Source: Phoronis australis (taxonomy: Eukaryota > Animalia > Phoronida). From it: DNA of 64,000 bases. The stretch is taken from contig NMRA01000811.1 of NCBI GenBank assembly GCA_002633005.1, positions 71,523 to 135,522 on the forward strand, given 5' to 3'. The position numbers and the translations under genes were made by a program. The notes below the pieces were generated by a model that had not been told where the DNA came from, searched no databases, and saw only the letters and a list, made by a program, of their open reading frames with translations. This document shows, piece after piece, positions 61,241 to 64,000 of the stretch; positions within the stretch are counted from its first letter, which is position 1; each line of letters starts with the position of its first letter.

Positions 61241-63900
61241 ACTTGGTAGCCGGGCCGGCCGGTTTCCACCTCCAACACGTTCTCCATTGTTGACCAACAC
61301 ACTGGTAGATACTTTTTAATTGACACCGGCGCCGACGTTTCTGTTTATCCTGCCTGTGCAACAGGACGCAAGACCAATCCACCTTCCGCACCTCTCTCCG
61401 CTGCTAACGGAACTTCCATAAACACATGGGGCACCCGTACCCTTTCGGTGGTGCTCAGCCCTATGCAGCGGTACGCTCATGAATTTTATCTTGCCGATAT
61501 TACTCGCCCGATTCTGGGAGCTGATTTTTTTATTGCCCACGACCTAGTTATTGATCTCAAGGGCAAGCGCCTTTTGTCTATCGATAATCCCTCTGTTTTT
61601 CTGCGAAACAACACGATCTCGCTGACCCTTGCGGGTCTCTCCCTTCATGCCCATGACGAGTACTCAGATTTGTTACGAGTTTTCAGAGCTGTTTACTCCG
61701 TGTTTCGATTCCACGGCGAATAAACACGGTGTCGCACACCATATCATAACCCAGGGACCACCTGTCCACGCACGTGCCCGACGTTTAAATCCTGAACCAC
61801 TGACGGCAGCGAAAGATGAATTTCTGCGAATGGAAAAGATGGGTATAATTCGCCGATCCAATTCACCGTGGTCTTCATCGCTCCATGTCGTCCCCAAGCC
61901 TGGCGGTCTATGGCGTCCTTGTGGTGACTACAGACAACTTAATGCTTCTACCACGGATGACCGCTACCCGTTACCGCATATCCATGATTTCAACAACCAT
62001 CTGACCGGATGCCAAGTTTTCTCCAAAATTGATCTGGTTCCGGGCTATCATCAGATTCCGGTCTGTGCCCAAAACTGCAATAATCACACCTTTTGGATTG
62101 TGGGAATTTCTTCGCATGCCCTTTGGCCTCAAGAACGCTGCCCAGGCTTTCCAACGCCTTATGGATGGCATTTTCAGGGAAGTTTCGTTCGCTTTTGTCT
62201 ACCTCGATGATATCTTGGTGGCCAGCCGCTCGCATGCCAAACATCTGGAACATCTTCGTCAGATCTTTATGCTGCTGTCCTCCAACGGTCTTCGTCATCA
62301 ATAAGCCCAAGTGCATTTTTGGCGCTGCCGAATTGGCTTTCCTTGGACACCACGTCACAGCCCGGGGTATCCTTCCGCTCCCCGATTGCGTGGCCTCCAT
62401 TCAAGATTGTGCTCCCCAACCAATCGTGCTGAGCTGCAACGATTTCTGGGATTGATGAACTACTATCACCGTTTTGTTCCACACATCGCTGATGCCCTGA
62501 CTCCACTCCATGCGCAAGCTAGCGGTAGAGGTCAAGCTATTACCTGGTCAGCTGCCTGCCGAACTGCCTTTCAAAAAGGCCAAAGACGCCCTTAAAAAAG
62601 CTGTGCTCTTGCGTCACCCTCACCCGACCTCGCCTACAAGCGTTACGGTTGATGCGTCTAACAAGGCCATCGGTGCTCAACTGACGCAACTTCAGGACGG
62701 TACTTGGGTTCCTCTTGCTTTCTTCTCACGCAAGCTTTCCGAAACAGAGCAGAAGTACAGCGCTTTCGAATGTGAGCTCCTGGCAGCCTATAACGCGGTT
62801 AAGCGCTTAGGAATTTTTAGAGGGCCGACCTTTTGCGTTATACACTGACCTCAAGCCGTTAGAACGTGTCAGCATTGCACAGCGGCAGTGAGCGTTCCCC
62901 ATGTGAGGCAGGCACCTCGCTTTTATAGCCGAGTTCACTACCGACATCCGATACCTTAAAGGCAAGTTTAACGTGGTGGCTGACGCACTATCCCGTTTCG
63001 ACATTAACGGCATATCCAGTGACCACTGCATCTTTTCTGTTGGTGACTTCCGCGAGCTGGCTCATGACCAAGACCAGTCTCCTGAAGTGGCGGAATATCG
63101 AACCGCTACAACGGGCCTTGATCTAGAAGATATTCCGTTTGGCGACTCGACCCTGCTTTGTGACACGTCCACTGGCACGCCCCGACCTGTGTTGCCCTCC
63201 ACGTGGACCCGTGCTCTTTTTGATCGTATTCATGGGTTGTCTCACGCTGGCGTTCGCCCTACTCAGCAGGCTATCACTCAGCGCTTTGTCTGGCGTGGTA
63301 CGAAACGTGATATACGGCGGTGGTGCAAAGAGTGTCGTGCTTGTCAAGCTTCCAAGACACATCGACACACACAGGCACCTTTGGTAAAGCGTGCCGCTCC
63401 GGTAGCCAGGTTTCGCAGTCTCCATGTGGATCTTGTTGGTCCTCTACCAGCGAGCCAAGGCATGATCTATCTCTTCACGATCATTGACCGTTTCACCAGG
63501 GGGACCGAGGCCATACCTCTTCCTGACGCCCAAGCTTCGTCCTGTGCAGCTGCTCTTGTCCATCATTGGATTTCCCGCTTTGGTGTGCCTGAGGACATCA
63601 CGTCTGATCGCGGTGCTCAGTTCACTTCGGCACTTTGGAGTGAATGCAACAAGCTCTTGGCCGGGTGTTACAACTCATACCACAACTGCATACCACCCAC
63701 AGGCGAATGGCATGATAGAACGTTTTCACCGCGCCCTAAAGGCGTCTCTCAAGGCGCGCAACTACCAGCCAGCACTGGTTTGCAGAACTGCCACTGGTCT
63801 TGCTAGGGATACGTTCGTCCTGGCGAGTGGATCCCGGCTGTTCTCCCGCTGAGCTTGTGTATGGGTCACCTCTCCACTTACCAGGCGAGTTTCTTCAACC
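61216..63900 (+). pseudogene. Gypsy pol with several frameshifts
   Basis: Protease FLIDTGADVS (~61322); RT WRPCGDYRQLN, MPFGLKNAAQAFQR, YLDD (~62199); RNase H VTVDASNKAIG; integrase HGLSH...CRAC, HVDLVGPLP, ITSDRGAQF, NGMIERFH. Confidence 0.93.
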
Positions 63901-64000
63901 GCTCGAAGCTCGTACGATGGAACCTGTTGATGCCGTGCATCATTTTTTGTCATTGGTTGTTGTATTTCATTTACGTGTTACGCTGTTTATTTTCTTTCTA

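Larger units (their letters stand above)
59692..63925 (+). mobile_element. Decayed Ty3/Gypsy LTR retrotransposon (5' LTR, PBS, gag, pol); no 3' LTR seen
   Basis: LTR TGTGG(59692, inferred)...CTACA(60372); PBS-like TTGGTGACC 60373; order PR-RT-RH-IN. Confidence 0.92.

Overview
Eukaryotic (invertebrate animal-like, intron-rich, draft assembly with N gaps) genomic window, not prokaryotic. 1-21675 (+): the 3' 26 coding exons (~1766 aa: AAA4 P-loop, stalk/MTBD, AAA5, AAA6, C-terminal domain) of axonemal inner-arm dynein heavy chain DNAH10, with the two penultimate exons present twice across a single-N join (probably two uncollapsed haplotypes, one with a TE insertion). 24369-26744 (+): an intronless ~790-codon orphan reading frame with ~100-aa acidic repeats, broken by one in-frame TGA. 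26.7-31.5 kb: a second haplotype-like duplication across an N, rich in MITEs. 32782-56276 (-): complete 4-exon APCDD1 (Wnt inhibitor) gene, ~495 aa. 59.6-63.9 kb: a nest of transposons (possible Merlin/ISXO2-like 5' fragment, decayed Ty3/Gypsy element, 9-bp-TSD MITE inside its LTR). I see no clear novel multi-gene system. The most unusual signals are the stop-interrupted orphan repeat protein and four cases where DNAH10 exon 3' ends or donor sites are duplicated into the following intron. Coordinates were read by eye; family assignments come from recalled motifs, not database searches.
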